Assembly (NCBI RefSeq): GCF_004010195.1
Contig: NC_057720.1
Coordinates: 34,631,647 to 34,651,646 of the forward strand
Source of the DNA: Chiloscyllium plagiosum
Lineage: Eukaryota
DNA: 20,000 nt
Reading direction: 5' to 3'
Each line of letters starts with the position of its first letter. Position 1 is the first letter of the stretch. The notes under the pieces were generated by a model. The model was given only the letters and a program-made list of their open reading frames with translations, ran no database searches and had not been told where the DNA came from. A program made the position numbers and the translations under genes. Below, one piece after another: positions 1 through 9,548 of the stretch.

Positions 1-617
1 TTTAGCCACCTCCTCAAATGAGATTAAAAAGGTTCCTACATCTTTCTCATCAAATTTAGGCATTGCTTGAATATATTTAAACAGTTTCTCACCAGGCCTT
101 TGGCTACCAGGGGTTTGCTCATCCTCACTAAGCTTACCTTCAACCTTCATCTTCATCTTTTAAAGTTGACTTACCTGTCAAAGTGCCAATTTCTGAAGTT
201 CAAACTCCCTCTCTTTCTTCCTTCCCTCTCTCTCTGTTTGTCTCTCTTCTCTCTACCTTCCACTGTCTTCTCTCTCTTTTTAGTTTTGCTCTGCTAAAGC
301 GATTCATTGTTTTTCTCCTTTTTTAGTTGTAATTCAAACAATGTCATTCCTTTTTTCCTGCCTTTTCTTTTGCCTCAATCTCAAGCTGCTTCATTTTCAA
401 TTGAATTTTACCCATCCCTAAAGTTTCTGATGGTGTTTACAGCAGATTTAAATGCTGAGCTATTGTTGTAATTATCTCTCCTTTCCTCGTGGAAGGAGGC
501 AGCTCCAACTCCAGTTTGACTGCCAATTTCAGCAACTTTTCCTTGTTCACCTTTTGTAAAATCCCCCAAAGTCACTTCTTCCACCCTCAGAAACCTCTTC
601 GTGAATGAAAGAGCCAT
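1..617 (-). pseudogene. gag: Degenerate gag N-terminus of Gypsy (Gmr1-like) element A, running off the window start
   Basis: ATG at 617 (MALSFTKRFLRVEEV...), an E/K/R-rich coiled-coil stretch, then LFKYIQAMPKFDEKDVGTFLISFEEVAK at 1-84. This parallels DIFKYVK...FGEKDVEAFFISFEK in element B. Frameshifts and stops are present. Confidence 0.8.
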
Positions 618-740
618 TTCTATCTCAAGCACTGTTTAAACCACCTGCAATCATTTCCCAGAACAAAAGACACTCACACTTACCACTCGCTGCCTTTAAG
701 TCCAGCAGCCCTAATCCCAATTTGTCAAACTACAAAACAT

Positions 741-758
741 ATCCCGGCTGGGCCCCCA
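741..758 (-). promoter_or_regulatory. Primer-binding site (tRNA-Pro) of Gypsy A
   Basis: Plus-strand ATCCCGGCTGGGCCCCCA matches the tRNA-Pro 3' end ATCCCGGACGAGCCCCCA at 15/18, and lies 3 nt from the LTR edge (TGTCA at 762). Confidence 0.85.
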
Positions 759-761
759 ATC

Positions 762-1077
762 TGTCATGGACCAGGCCAGACCTCTTCAAAACGTTTCAAG
801 AATGTAGCTGAAAAATGTGTTGCTGGAAAAGCGCAGCAGGTCAGGCAGCATCCAAGGAGCAGGAGAATCGATGTTTCAGGCATGAGCTCTTCTTCAGGGA
901 TCTCTCATGAATGTAGCCCAGACACTAACTTTTTTTGTTGCTTTAAGGAGATTATAGTTGTATGCATCAGGAGTGATGCAGCTGGCCCAACCATTTGGTT
1001 TTAAACAAAACTGAGTTTATTTATACACCAACAAAAGAGAATATATTGAATTTATACATGAAAATATTGAATAACAT
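762..1077 (-). mobile_element. 5' LTR of Gypsy A, PBS-proximal piece
   Basis: Begins TGTCATGGACCAGGCCAGACC and aligns by eye to the reverse complement of the solo LTR end at about 16135-16336. It is interrupted by the insert at 809-908 and by the CR1 at about 1078. Confidence 0.8.
809..908 (-). mobile_element. 100-bp Penelope-like terminal fragment with hammerhead-like core
   Basis: Similar to the PLE terminus at about 3335-3420 and flanked by the 9-bp TSD GAATGTAGC (800-808, 909-917). The minus strand reads CTGAAGA-AGAGCTCATGCCT-GAAACATC. Confidence 0.8.
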
Positions 1078-2084
1078 GCAAGGAGATATGCAAGAAGACT
1101 GGGGAAACTTGCAGGCTCAATAGTGCTGTCATATTAGGAGATTTTAATTTTCTTAACATCGACTGGGACTGCAAGAACATTAAGGGCTTAGATGAGGTTG
1201 AATTTGTTAAATGTATTCGGGAAAGTTTCCTCAAACAGTATATGGAGTGTCCAACTCGGGAAGGGGCAAAACTCAACCTACCCTTGGGAAATTGGCCAGG
1301 ACAAGTGACAGAGGTGACAGTGGGGAAGCACTTTTGGACCATAGTTCTATTAATTTTAAAATAGCTACGGATAGGGACAAAATTGGTCCACAGGCTCAAT
1401 TTCTAAATTGGAGCAAGGTGAATTTTGATGGAATTAGACAGAAGCTTGCAGGGTTTGATTGGAATAGTATGTTTGCAGGCAAAAGGCCTTCTGGCAAGTG
1501 GGAAAGGTTTAAAATGAGATAGCCAGAGTTCAAAGTCTATATGTTCCTGTGAGGGTGAATGGCAAGGTTGGCAGGAAAAGGGAAGCCTGGAGACAAAGGA
1601 CATTGAGGCTTTGGATCAGAAGAATCCCTAAAGGTATACAGGGAATACAGGGGTTTACTGAAGAAGGAAATAAGGAGGGTGAAAAGAGGGCACGAGATAG
1701 CCTAGACTGAGAAGATCAGGGTGAATCCAATGAGGTACTTTAAGTATATTAAAGGAAAAAGAATAACTAGAGAGAGAATAGGGCCCATCAAGGACCGAAG
1801 CGGACGTGTATGTGTAGACATGCAACAGATGGGTGAGGTCCTCAATGAATATTTCTCCTCTGTGTTTACCATGGCGAAAGACATGAAGACTTGGGAACTT
1901 GGGAAATTTAGTGGTGATATCATGGAGACATTCCAGATCACAGTGGAGGGGGTGGCGGACGTATGAGAATGTATGAACATGGATAGATCTTTTGGTCTTG
2001 ACTAGATATATCTAAGAACCCTGCAAGAGTCTAGGGAAGAAATTGCAGGGGCCTGGCTGATATTTTTGCATCATCGTTAGCCAT
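1078..2084 (+). mobile_element. CR1 (HER1-like) LINE, ORF2 endonuclease C-terminus and linker, decayed
   Basis: Motifs GDFNF.NIDW, NWSKVNFDGIRQKL, NPMRYFKYIKGKR, VLNEYFSSVFT and D.IYLRTL are present. Possible TSD TAACAT/TAACGT (1072-1077 / 10573-10578). Confidence 0.9.
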
Positions 2085-2309
2085 GATTGTCAATATACTC
2101 AATTCAAACTTGATTTGAGGTTGGTATTTTTTGGGGTATTATTAAAACTGATTGGCCTAATTCGAAATTGTTTTTGTCTCCAGGCAACCAGCTACACTAA
2201 CTGCTGGACCAAAAGGTTACATTGTGTCTTGTTCAGAACACTTGGTGCTGTCAGGTAGTTCTGCTAGCTTTTAACTTTCTTAAAGGTACACACCCACACC
2301 TTTGTAACA
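2085..2309 (-). repeat. 3' LTR of element B, truncated
   Basis: Shares GTGCTGTCAGGTAnTTCTGCTAGCTTTTAACTTTCTTAAAGGTACA with 9481-9526 and ends in TAACA at 2309. Confidence 0.85.
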
Positions 2310-2320
2310 CCTCCTCCCTT
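2310..2320 (-). promoter_or_regulatory. Polypurine tract of element B
   Basis: Minus-strand AAGGGAGGAGG directly abuts the TGTTAC LTR start. Confidence 0.85.
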
Positions 2321-2494
2321 AAGAAAAAAAATGAACCATCATAATGAAAAATGGCTTCATTTCCTTTTCTATTCTTTAAACACGTTACCCTAATATACTG
2401 AGAACTTTAATTTAAGTTCACCTTAACTTCTTCCCTTGTAACTATATATACATCAAACATTAAATAAATACAAATCTCAGCTAAACTTTATCAG

Positions 2495-3290
2495 TTAAAT
2501 CCGCGATAATGCATCCTTACGACGTGCAACATGTATGATTTTTAAATTAAAAGTCTGTAACATATGACTCCAATAAAAGTTTCATATTCTTATCTTTAAA
2601 ACATGCCAAGAATGTAAGTGGATTGTAGCCCGTGTACATAACCATCTCCGACATATTGTTCATTAAAATGTTGTAAGGCCAGTACCAAACTCAGTAGTTC
2701 TTTTTCGATCGTGGAGTATTTCCTCTGTTGGATGTTGATCTTCTTCAAAAAGTAACCCACTGGCAGTTCAATCCTATCCTCATCTTCCTGTGGAAGTACA
2801 GCTCTAACTCCTATGTCATTAGCATTGATGGTGACTTTAAAAGGTTTTGAAAAGTTTGGCGTAGCTAAAACTGGTTTGGTGGTTAATATTGATTTCAAAT
2901 GTTCGAATGCTTCCTGGCATTGTTCTGTCCACCGAAACTTTGCGATCTTCTTCAGCAAATTGGTTAACGGTGCCTCTACATTGCTGAAGTTTGGAATAAA
3001 CTTCCGATACAAACCACTGAGTCCTAAGAATCGAAGCACCTCTTTCTTCGAGGTTGGTCGTGGAAATTCCTCGATGGCCTTTGACTTTGTGTTCCATGGG
3101 GTCAATCTTCCATGATCGATGTTATGTCCCAAGAACGTCACCTCTGCTTTCGCAAATTCAGTTTTGTTTAAGTTTATTACCAGTTTTGCTTCTCGTAGTC
3201 ATTTAAACAGCTCTGCCAACTGTACCTGTGATTTTTCCAGGACTTACTAAAGAACACTACATTGTCCAAATAGACTGCACAGTTTGTTAA
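2495..3290 (-). pseudogene. pol: pol C-terminus of element B: RT (YLDN) and RNase H
   Basis: TNCAVYLDNVV, FLGH, VLRFLGLSGLYRKFIPNFS, NANDIGVRAVL, YSTIEKELL, ending DALSRI-stop at 2495. No integrase follows RNase H. Confidence 0.9.
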
Positions 3291-3384
3291 GGTAAAAACA
3301 AGGACTGCAGATGCTGGAAACCAGAATCTATATTAGAGTGGTGCTGGAATAGCGCAGCAGGTCAGGCAGCATCGGGGAGCAGGG

Positions 3385-3425
3385 AAATTGACGTTTTGGG
3401 CAAAAACCCTTCATCAGGAATAGAG
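3385..3425 (-). ncRNA. Minimal type I hammerhead ribozyme-like motif in the PLE terminus (probably mutated)
   Basis: Minus strand CTGATGA-A-GGG-TTTTTG-CCC-AAAAC-GTC. The expected GAAAC has G>A, consistent with CpG decay. Minimal hammerheads are known in PLE termini. Confidence 0.6.
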
Positions 3426-4122
3426 GCAAGGTGCCTGCAGAGTGGAGAGAAAAATGAGAGGGGGTTGGAGGGCGAGAAAGTAGCATAGAGTACAATAGGT
3501 GAGTGGGGGTGGGGATGGAGGTGATAGGTCAGAGAGGAGGGTGGAGTGGATAGGTGGAAAGGAAGATAGGCAGGTAGGACAGGTCATGAGGGCAGTGCTG
3601 AGCTGGAAGGTTTGAGCTGGGGTGAGGTGGGGGAAGTGGAAATGAGGAAACTGGTGAAATCCACATTGATGCCCTGGGGTTGAAGTGTTCTGAGGCAGAA
3701 GATGAGGCATTCTTCCTCCAGGAGTCGAGTGGTGAGGGAGCAGTGGTGGTGGAGGCCCAGGACCTGCATGTCCTCGGCAGAGTGGGAGGGGGAGTTGAAA
3801 TGTTGGTCCACAGGGCGTTGGAGTTGATTGGTGCGGGTGTCCCGGAGATGTTCCCTAAAGCGCTCTGCTAGGAGGCATCCAGTCTACCTAATGTAGAGGA
3901 GACCGCATCAGGAGCAATGGATACAATAAATGATATTGGTGGATTTGCAGGTAAGACTTTGATGGATTGGAAGGCTCCTTTAGGGCCTTGGCTGGAGGTG
4001 AGGGAGGAGGTTTTGGCGCAGGTTTTGTAATTCGTGCGGTGGCAGGGGAAGGTGCCAGGATGGGAGGGTGGGTTGTTGGGGGGCGTGGAGCTGACCAGGT
4101 AGTCACAGAGGGAATGGTCTTT

Positions 4123-4381
4123 TAGGACAGAGATGAGGAGAAACTTCTTCACCCAGAGAGTGGTGGCTGTGTGGAATGCTCTGCCCCAGAGGGCAGTGGA
4201 GGCCCAGTCTCTGGATTCATTTAAGAAAGAGTTGGATAGAGCTCTCAAAGATAGTGGAATCAAGGGTTATGGAGATAAGGCAGGAAGAGGATACTGATTA
4301 TGAATGATCAGCCATGATCATATTGAATGGCAGTGCAGGCTCGAAGGGCAGAATGGCCTACTCCTGCACCTATTGTCTATT
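4123..4381 (+). mobile_element. CR1 LINE 3' fragment nested in the PLE
   Basis: FRTEMRRNFFTQRVVAVWNALP...FKKELD, a 3' UTR and a TATTGTC-repeat tail. The TSD GTCTTT (4117-4122, 4382-4387) is present, and removal restores the PLE frame LSAFRKDHSL. Confidence 0.92.
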
Positions 4382-4992
4382 GTCTTTGCGGAAGGCGGAA
4401 AGGGGAGGGAAATATATCCCTGGTGGTGGGGTCCGTTTGGAGGTGGCGGAAATGTCGTCGGATGATTTGGTTTATGCGAAGGTTGGTAGGGTGGAAGGTG
4501 AGCACCAGGGGCGTTCTGTCCTTGTTACGGTTGGAGGGGTGGGGTTTGAGGGCGGAGGGGCGGGATGTGGATGAAATGCGTTGGAGGGCATCTTTAACCA
4601 CGTGGGAAGGGAAATTGCTGTCTCTCAAGAAGGAGGCCATCTGGTGTGTTCTGTGGTGGAACTGGTCCTCCTGGGAGCAGATATGACGAAGGCGGAAGAA
4701 TTGGGAATACAGGATGGCATTTTTGCAAGAGGTAGGGTGGGAAGAGGTATAGTCCAGGTAGCTGTGGGAGTCGGTGGGTTTGTAAAAAATGTCAGTGTCA
4801 AGTCGGTCGTCATTAATGGAGATGGAGAGGTCCAGGAAGGGGAGGGAGGTGTCAGAGATGGTCCAGGTGAATTTAAGGTCAGGGTGGAATGTGTTGGTGA
4901 AGTTGATGAATTGCTCAACTTCCTTGCAGGAGCACGAGGTGGCGCCAATACAGTCATCAATGTAGCGGAGGAAGAGGTGGGGAGTGGTGCCG

Positions 4993-5400
4993 GTTTGTTA
5001 ACCCAGCCACAACTCTGTTCATGAGTCTTTGGAATGTGGCGGGTGCATTCTTCATTCCAAAGGGCATCACTTTGAATTAATATAGCTCATTTGAATTAAT
5101 ATATCCGCCATCTCCAAACATCCTCCAATCTCGGTACTGGATATGAATCTGATTTTGTTACAGCGTTGACCTTCCGATAATCCACACAGAATCGTTGAGT
5201 CCCATCTGGTTTGGGAAGGAAGACGATCGGTGAACTCCACTCGCTCTGATTCAGTTCCATGATGTCCTCGTCGAGCATGCCTTCCATCTCCATTTGAACC
5301 TGTCTGGCTTTGAAAGGATGAAGCTGATAGGGGTGTTGTTTTATCAGAGCAATATTCCTTTTGTACTTCAATTACAATAGCATTCGTCCTCCCCATCTGA
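4993..5400 (-). pseudogene. pol: RT N-terminal half of element B
   Basis: IKQHPY...WSSPIVFLPKPDGTQRFCVDYRKVNAVTKSDSYPVPRLED, then FKVMPFGMKNAPATFQRLM, with an internal deletion near 5110. Confidence 0.9.
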
Positions 5401-5599
5401 TTCTTACATATGTCCTTATCCTGCAGTAACAAATCCTTCAACTGCATTCTGTGCTCCTGAGACAGATAGCTTACTAACCTATCCCACTCCTCAAGGACTT
5501 CTTCATGTTTTAATCCATTTTGAGGCACCTCAAAATCCCCATCATCTGGATTTGATTCCTTACTCTGCGGGGCAGTAACTAACACCTGCTTCTCCAGTT

Positions 5600-6873
5600 C
5601 TTTCTCTCTCATATTATACGGTTTCAACATGATCACATGACATACTTAATATCTGTTTTCCCATCTGGCATCTTTACTCAATAGTTCACCTGACTCAACT
5701 TTTTCTCAATTTGATAGGGACCACTAAACCTGGCTTTGAAGGGATCTCCTGTCACTGGTAACAATACTAACACATCATTCCCTCAGGAAAATGTTCGAGT
5801 CTCAGAGCTTTTATCTGTCACCTGCTTTATTCTACACTGTGCCCTCTTTAGGTGCTGTTTAGCTAACTCACCTCTCAATTTAGTTTCTCCCTCACCTCTG
5901 ATACATAATCTAACTGTGAGATCTCTGACTTTGGTCCTGTGGCCTGTCAATTTTTCTTTTAAATAATTTCAAAGGACCTCTCACTTCATGCCCAAATATT
6001 AACTCAAAGGGAGTGAACTGAGTAGATTCATTTGGGGGATCTCTAATAGCAAACAATATGAATGGGATACCTTTATCCCAATCATTCTGGTAATCCTGAC
6101 AATATGCTGTCAACATGGTCTTCAAGGTCTGATGCCACCTTTCTAAAGGCCCCTGGGATTCGGAATGATACACACTGGATTTAAGTGCTGTATTCCTAAG
6201 CTTTCTTTAAACTCCTTAAACAGCCGTGCAGTAAAATCTGACCCTTGGTCTGACTGAATCTCTCTGGGTAGCCCATACTGTGTGAAGAAAGCTACTAACT
6301 CCTCTACTACCCTTTATGCCTTGATACTCCATAAGGAATTGCCTCCTAAAATCTGGTCGACACATCCATTATGGTTAACAAGTGCTGGTTCCCACTTTTA
6401 GTTCTCAGGAAGGGACCTACACAATCAATAACCCGCGTGAAAGATTGTTCAAATGCGGGAATTGGCAACAAAGGTGCTGGTTTTATTACCGCCTGTGGTT
6501 TACCTACTATTTGGCATGTATGACACATCTGGCAAAAGTTAACCACATCCTTGTGCATTCCAGGGCAATAAAAATGTTTTTGTACCTTAGCCTGAGTCTT
6601 TCCTACCCCTAGGTGATCTCCTACAGGTAGTTCATGTGCTACCCATAACACTTCCTGTCTGTATGCTACCGGCAACACAACCTGGTGTGCTGCAGCCCAT
6701 TTCTCCTCTGCACTAACCTGCCATGGTCTCCATTTCTGTCTTAGGATTCTATCTTTCAGATGATAGCCCTCTGGAATATTGTCGGCCTCCTTTTCAGAGT
6801 ACGCATCCACATTTATATCTTTTATCATCTTGTCTTGCTGTTGCAAGCCCCTTAGCCTTTCCGGACTAAACAC
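5600..6873 (-). pseudogene. pol: Integrase of element B (HHCC, DDE core, GPY/F)
   Basis: HELPVGDHLG...CHTC, IDCVGP, TIMDVSTRF, QSDQG, YHSESQGPLERWHQTLK, FTPFELIFG, GPYQIEKK. Frameshifted. Confidence 0.92.
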
Positions 6874-7099
6874 TTCTGCCTGCCCCTTGCCTGTTCAGAC
6901 TTTACCTGCACCATTGCATCAAACAGGGTATCTGCTAACTGAACCTCAACTCCTTCATCTTTCTCTTTACTTTTCTCTTCGTGCTGTGACATATGATAGT
7001 GGGATCTGGTTGCACACAGTCTGGGAAAAAAACAGGATATTTCTGTTTTAACTTCTCAGTTTCTTGGTCTTCCTTGGGCTTCCCCATAACAAGTGGTGT

Positions 7100-7630
7100 C
7101 ACTTCCACCTTGGATCCTGCCAAATCATTCCCAGTGTGGAGGCACAGGGATTGAGAGATCCGGCCCAGCGTGGGGGAGGGAGGATGGCAGTCAGTAGCAA
7201 AACGGCAGTGCGGTAGCACTGGGATTGAGCCTAGTATGGGGGAAAGGGATCAAACATGCATGTGGAAAGCCCAGTGCACTGACTGCAGGTCCATGGCTAA
7301 AGAAGGACTCTAATTTGGAACTTTTAACTTCATTTCTGATTTACTACATTCTGACAAGAACAAACAGAATTCCTGGAACTGACAGTCTGTCAATCACTCC
7401 CACTGTAACTTCCCCAGTCTTGAGTTGGCACTCCAACCTGATCTTACATAGGGGATCACTAAATTTCTGTCCATCTATCCCACAAATGACCACACTCTCG
7501 GGTAACAGATCAGAAAGAGTGCATATTCGCTCATTCTTTACGACGAGTGAGTGGTTAGATCATGTGTGTCTCGGAACTTCTTGTCCTTCTCCCCCTATTC
7601 TTTCTGAGTAAACTTTACCCACAGAGGCAA
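7100..7630 (-). pseudogene. pol: Aspartic protease region of element B, with a foreign insert
   Basis: Degenerate RDT(G) site near 7560-7575, PLCKIRLEC...GEVTVGVIDRLSVPGILFVL / GNDLAGSKV, split by the insert at 7134-7356. Confidence 0.7.
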
Positions 7631-7779
7631 ATTCTTTGTAGAGATCAGAGACTAACTCCAAACCCAGCTCCTGCCTAGGCTGTGCACTCTCTTGCAGCTC
7701 TTCGGCTCTTCTTGGGGTCTCTTTTACTATCTTAACTACTGCCACTGGCTTAGCTTCTTTTAACACAGTGCCTTTCCTT

Positions 7780-8919
7780 AACTACCAGCACTGTGACTTT
7801 ATGTGTCCCATTTACCACAGTGGAAACACCTGAGGCCTTTCTCTTCCTTTCCATCCTCTTGGGCATCTTTTTTTAAATCTGTGGTAAACTCTTACCAGTG
7901 CTCTCTACTCTTAGTTTTGTAGTGGGATCTCCCCTTCTCCCAACTATTTTCCCTCACAGGATGAAATTCTGGCCGGAGGCCTGTCTTATGCACCAACATA
8001 TTAATTCTGCTGCTCTTCTCACTTCTTCAACTTTCGGTTCCACCACGCGATTTCTTATCATTGCTAGAAATGAGTTTTTAAACTCCTCCAGCGGAATAAT
8101 CTCTCTCTTAGAGCCTCAAAGGTCCTATCTATTTTTAAAGCAGGCACCAATCTATCAAAATGACTATATTTAATTCTTTTGAACTCAACATAAGTCTGAC
8201 CTGGTTCCTTCTTTATGTTTCTGAACCACTGTCTATATGCTTCTGGTGCCAATTCAATTGCACTTAAAATAGCCTGCTTAACCTCTTCGTAATCCCTTGA
8301 CCCCTCATCTGACAATGCAGCAAATACCTCACTAACTCTGCCAACTGGTTTAGTCTGAACTAGTATTAATCATACATCCTCAGAGAACTCCATCTGCCTA
8401 GCAATTTTTCAAATGAAATAAAGAAGGCTTCAACATCTTTCTCACCAAAATGTGACGGAGTTTTGACATATTTGAAAATATCACTACCTTCTCTTTTAAT
8501 CTCCATCCTTTTAACTTGATTTTGCTGACTAAGTTGCAACTTTTCAAGTTCACATTCTCCCTCTTTTTCTCTCTCTTCTCTCTCTCTTTCTCTCTCCCTT
8601 CTTCTCTCCCTCTTTGCTCAGCTCAGAACCTTCTCTCTGTCTTTTTCCTCTGTCTCTCTCTTTTATCTTCTAACTCCATTTTCCTCAATTGCAATTTAGA
8701 GTTTTATACCTCTACTGCACAGGTCTGTTTCTCTGACACACCTAAGTGCTTGAGTAATTCCCTGACAATTTCAGCTTTACTTTCGTCCTTGGCCAAATAC
8801 AAATCTAACTTCTTTGCTAATTCTAAAAGTATGGCCTTTTTCTTTCCTTCTAAACTTTCCTGGCGCATCTGCGAATCATCTTCAAATCCCAGAACCTCTT
8901 TAGCAATCTTAAGAGTCAT
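7780..8919 (-). pseudogene. gag: gag of element B (coiled coil, SCAN-like capsid, CCHC knuckle)
   Basis: ATG at 8919 (MTLKIAKEVLG..LLELAKKL), an E/R-rich tract, DYEEVKQAILSAIELAPEAYRQWFRNIKKEPGQTYVEF, and CFHCGK.GHIKSQC at about 7785-7830. Confidence 0.85.
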
Positions 8920-9075
8920 TTCTCTCACTTTTAATTTAATCAACCACAAGTCACCAAACTTAAACAAATTGTCTCACCCATGCTTTATTTAAAGATCTAG
9001 GGCACTAACCTACAAGTGTTTTAATCTGCTGGGAGTTTTTGTAGTCCTCAAATCTATTCAAACCTTTTTAAGCCA

Positions 9076-9101
9076 GTTCAAATCGCGGATGAAAGCCCCC
9101 A
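9076..9101 (-). promoter_or_regulatory. Primer-binding site (tRNA-Pro) of element B
   Basis: Plus-strand GTTCAAATCGCGGATGAAAGCCCCCA versus tRNA-Pro GTTCAAATCCCGGACGAGCCCCCA; 3 nt from the LTR. Confidence 0.85.
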
Positions 9102-9104
9102 AAT

Positions 9105-9548
9105 TGTTACAACACGTGTAAAACCCCCTGCTTAATTTAAACCAGCAACACAGAACAGATTTACCCCATGCGGTAAGCTATGAAAATTTAAGAGCCAAGA
9201 ACTATTTGAAGTAAAAATTACAACTTTATTTTTTATTTAAAAGTCTAACAGAGAATAATTAATGAACAACTATTTACAACTCCTTCCTTTAACCTATCTT
9301 TCACTTTCCCTCTTATAAAACCTCTGATCAAAACCAGGCAGGTGTCGAATCTTCTCTTTGTATCTTCCTCTGGAAATTAAGAGAGCTAATTTTCCCGGCA
9401 GTCTGCAGATGTTGGTGGTTTGGCAGTTCTCCCTTAATTGTTCAATTTTTCCTGGTCTTATACCCACAAAGCATAGGATTGTGCTGTCAGGTAATTCTGC
9501 TAGCTTTTAACTTTCTTAAAGGTACAGGACACCAACATCTTCATAACA
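9105..9548 (-). repeat. 5' LTR of element B
   Basis: TGTTA...TAACA termini, adjacent to the PBS, and homologous to 2245-2309. Confidence 0.88.

Larger units (their letters stand above)
3291..4992 (-). mobile_element. 5'-truncated Penelope-like element (RT C-terminus, Cys-rich linker, GIY-YIG endonuclease, 3' terminus)
   Basis: YIDDCIG...FHPDLKFT...LPFLD...YKPTDSHSYLDY, PLVLTFHP, NIIYCIHC..CGLLYI, ERFREH, QHFNSPSH, LQPQGINVD. The TSD GTTTGTTAA (3282-3290, 4993-5001) is present, and removing the insert restores ATFQRLMNRVVAGLTNCAVYLD. Confidence 0.92.
2085..9548 (-). mobile_element. Near full-length decayed Gmr1-like Ty3/Gypsy LTR retrotransposon (element B)
   Basis: On the minus strand the order is LTR-PBS-gag(CCHC)-PR-IN-RT-RH-PPT-LTR, with integrase upstream of RT. 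Confidence 0.92.

Noticed and set aside
67..297. Leu/Ser/Phe-rich plus-strand ORF resembling a membrane protein (also 8516-8992)
   Set aside because: It is the antisense reading of the purine-rich gag coiled-coil region.
3868..4263. 131-aa ORF as a novel fusion protein
   Set aside because: It is a chance read-through from antisense CR1 into the PLE linker at the insertion junction.
4314..5024. Overlapping plus-strand ORFs of 86-147 aa
   Set aside because: They are antisense frames of the PLE RT with no independent motifs.
7780..8919. Domesticated gag/SCAN host gene
   Set aside because: It has multiple stops and frameshifts and sits within LTRs with PBS and pol.
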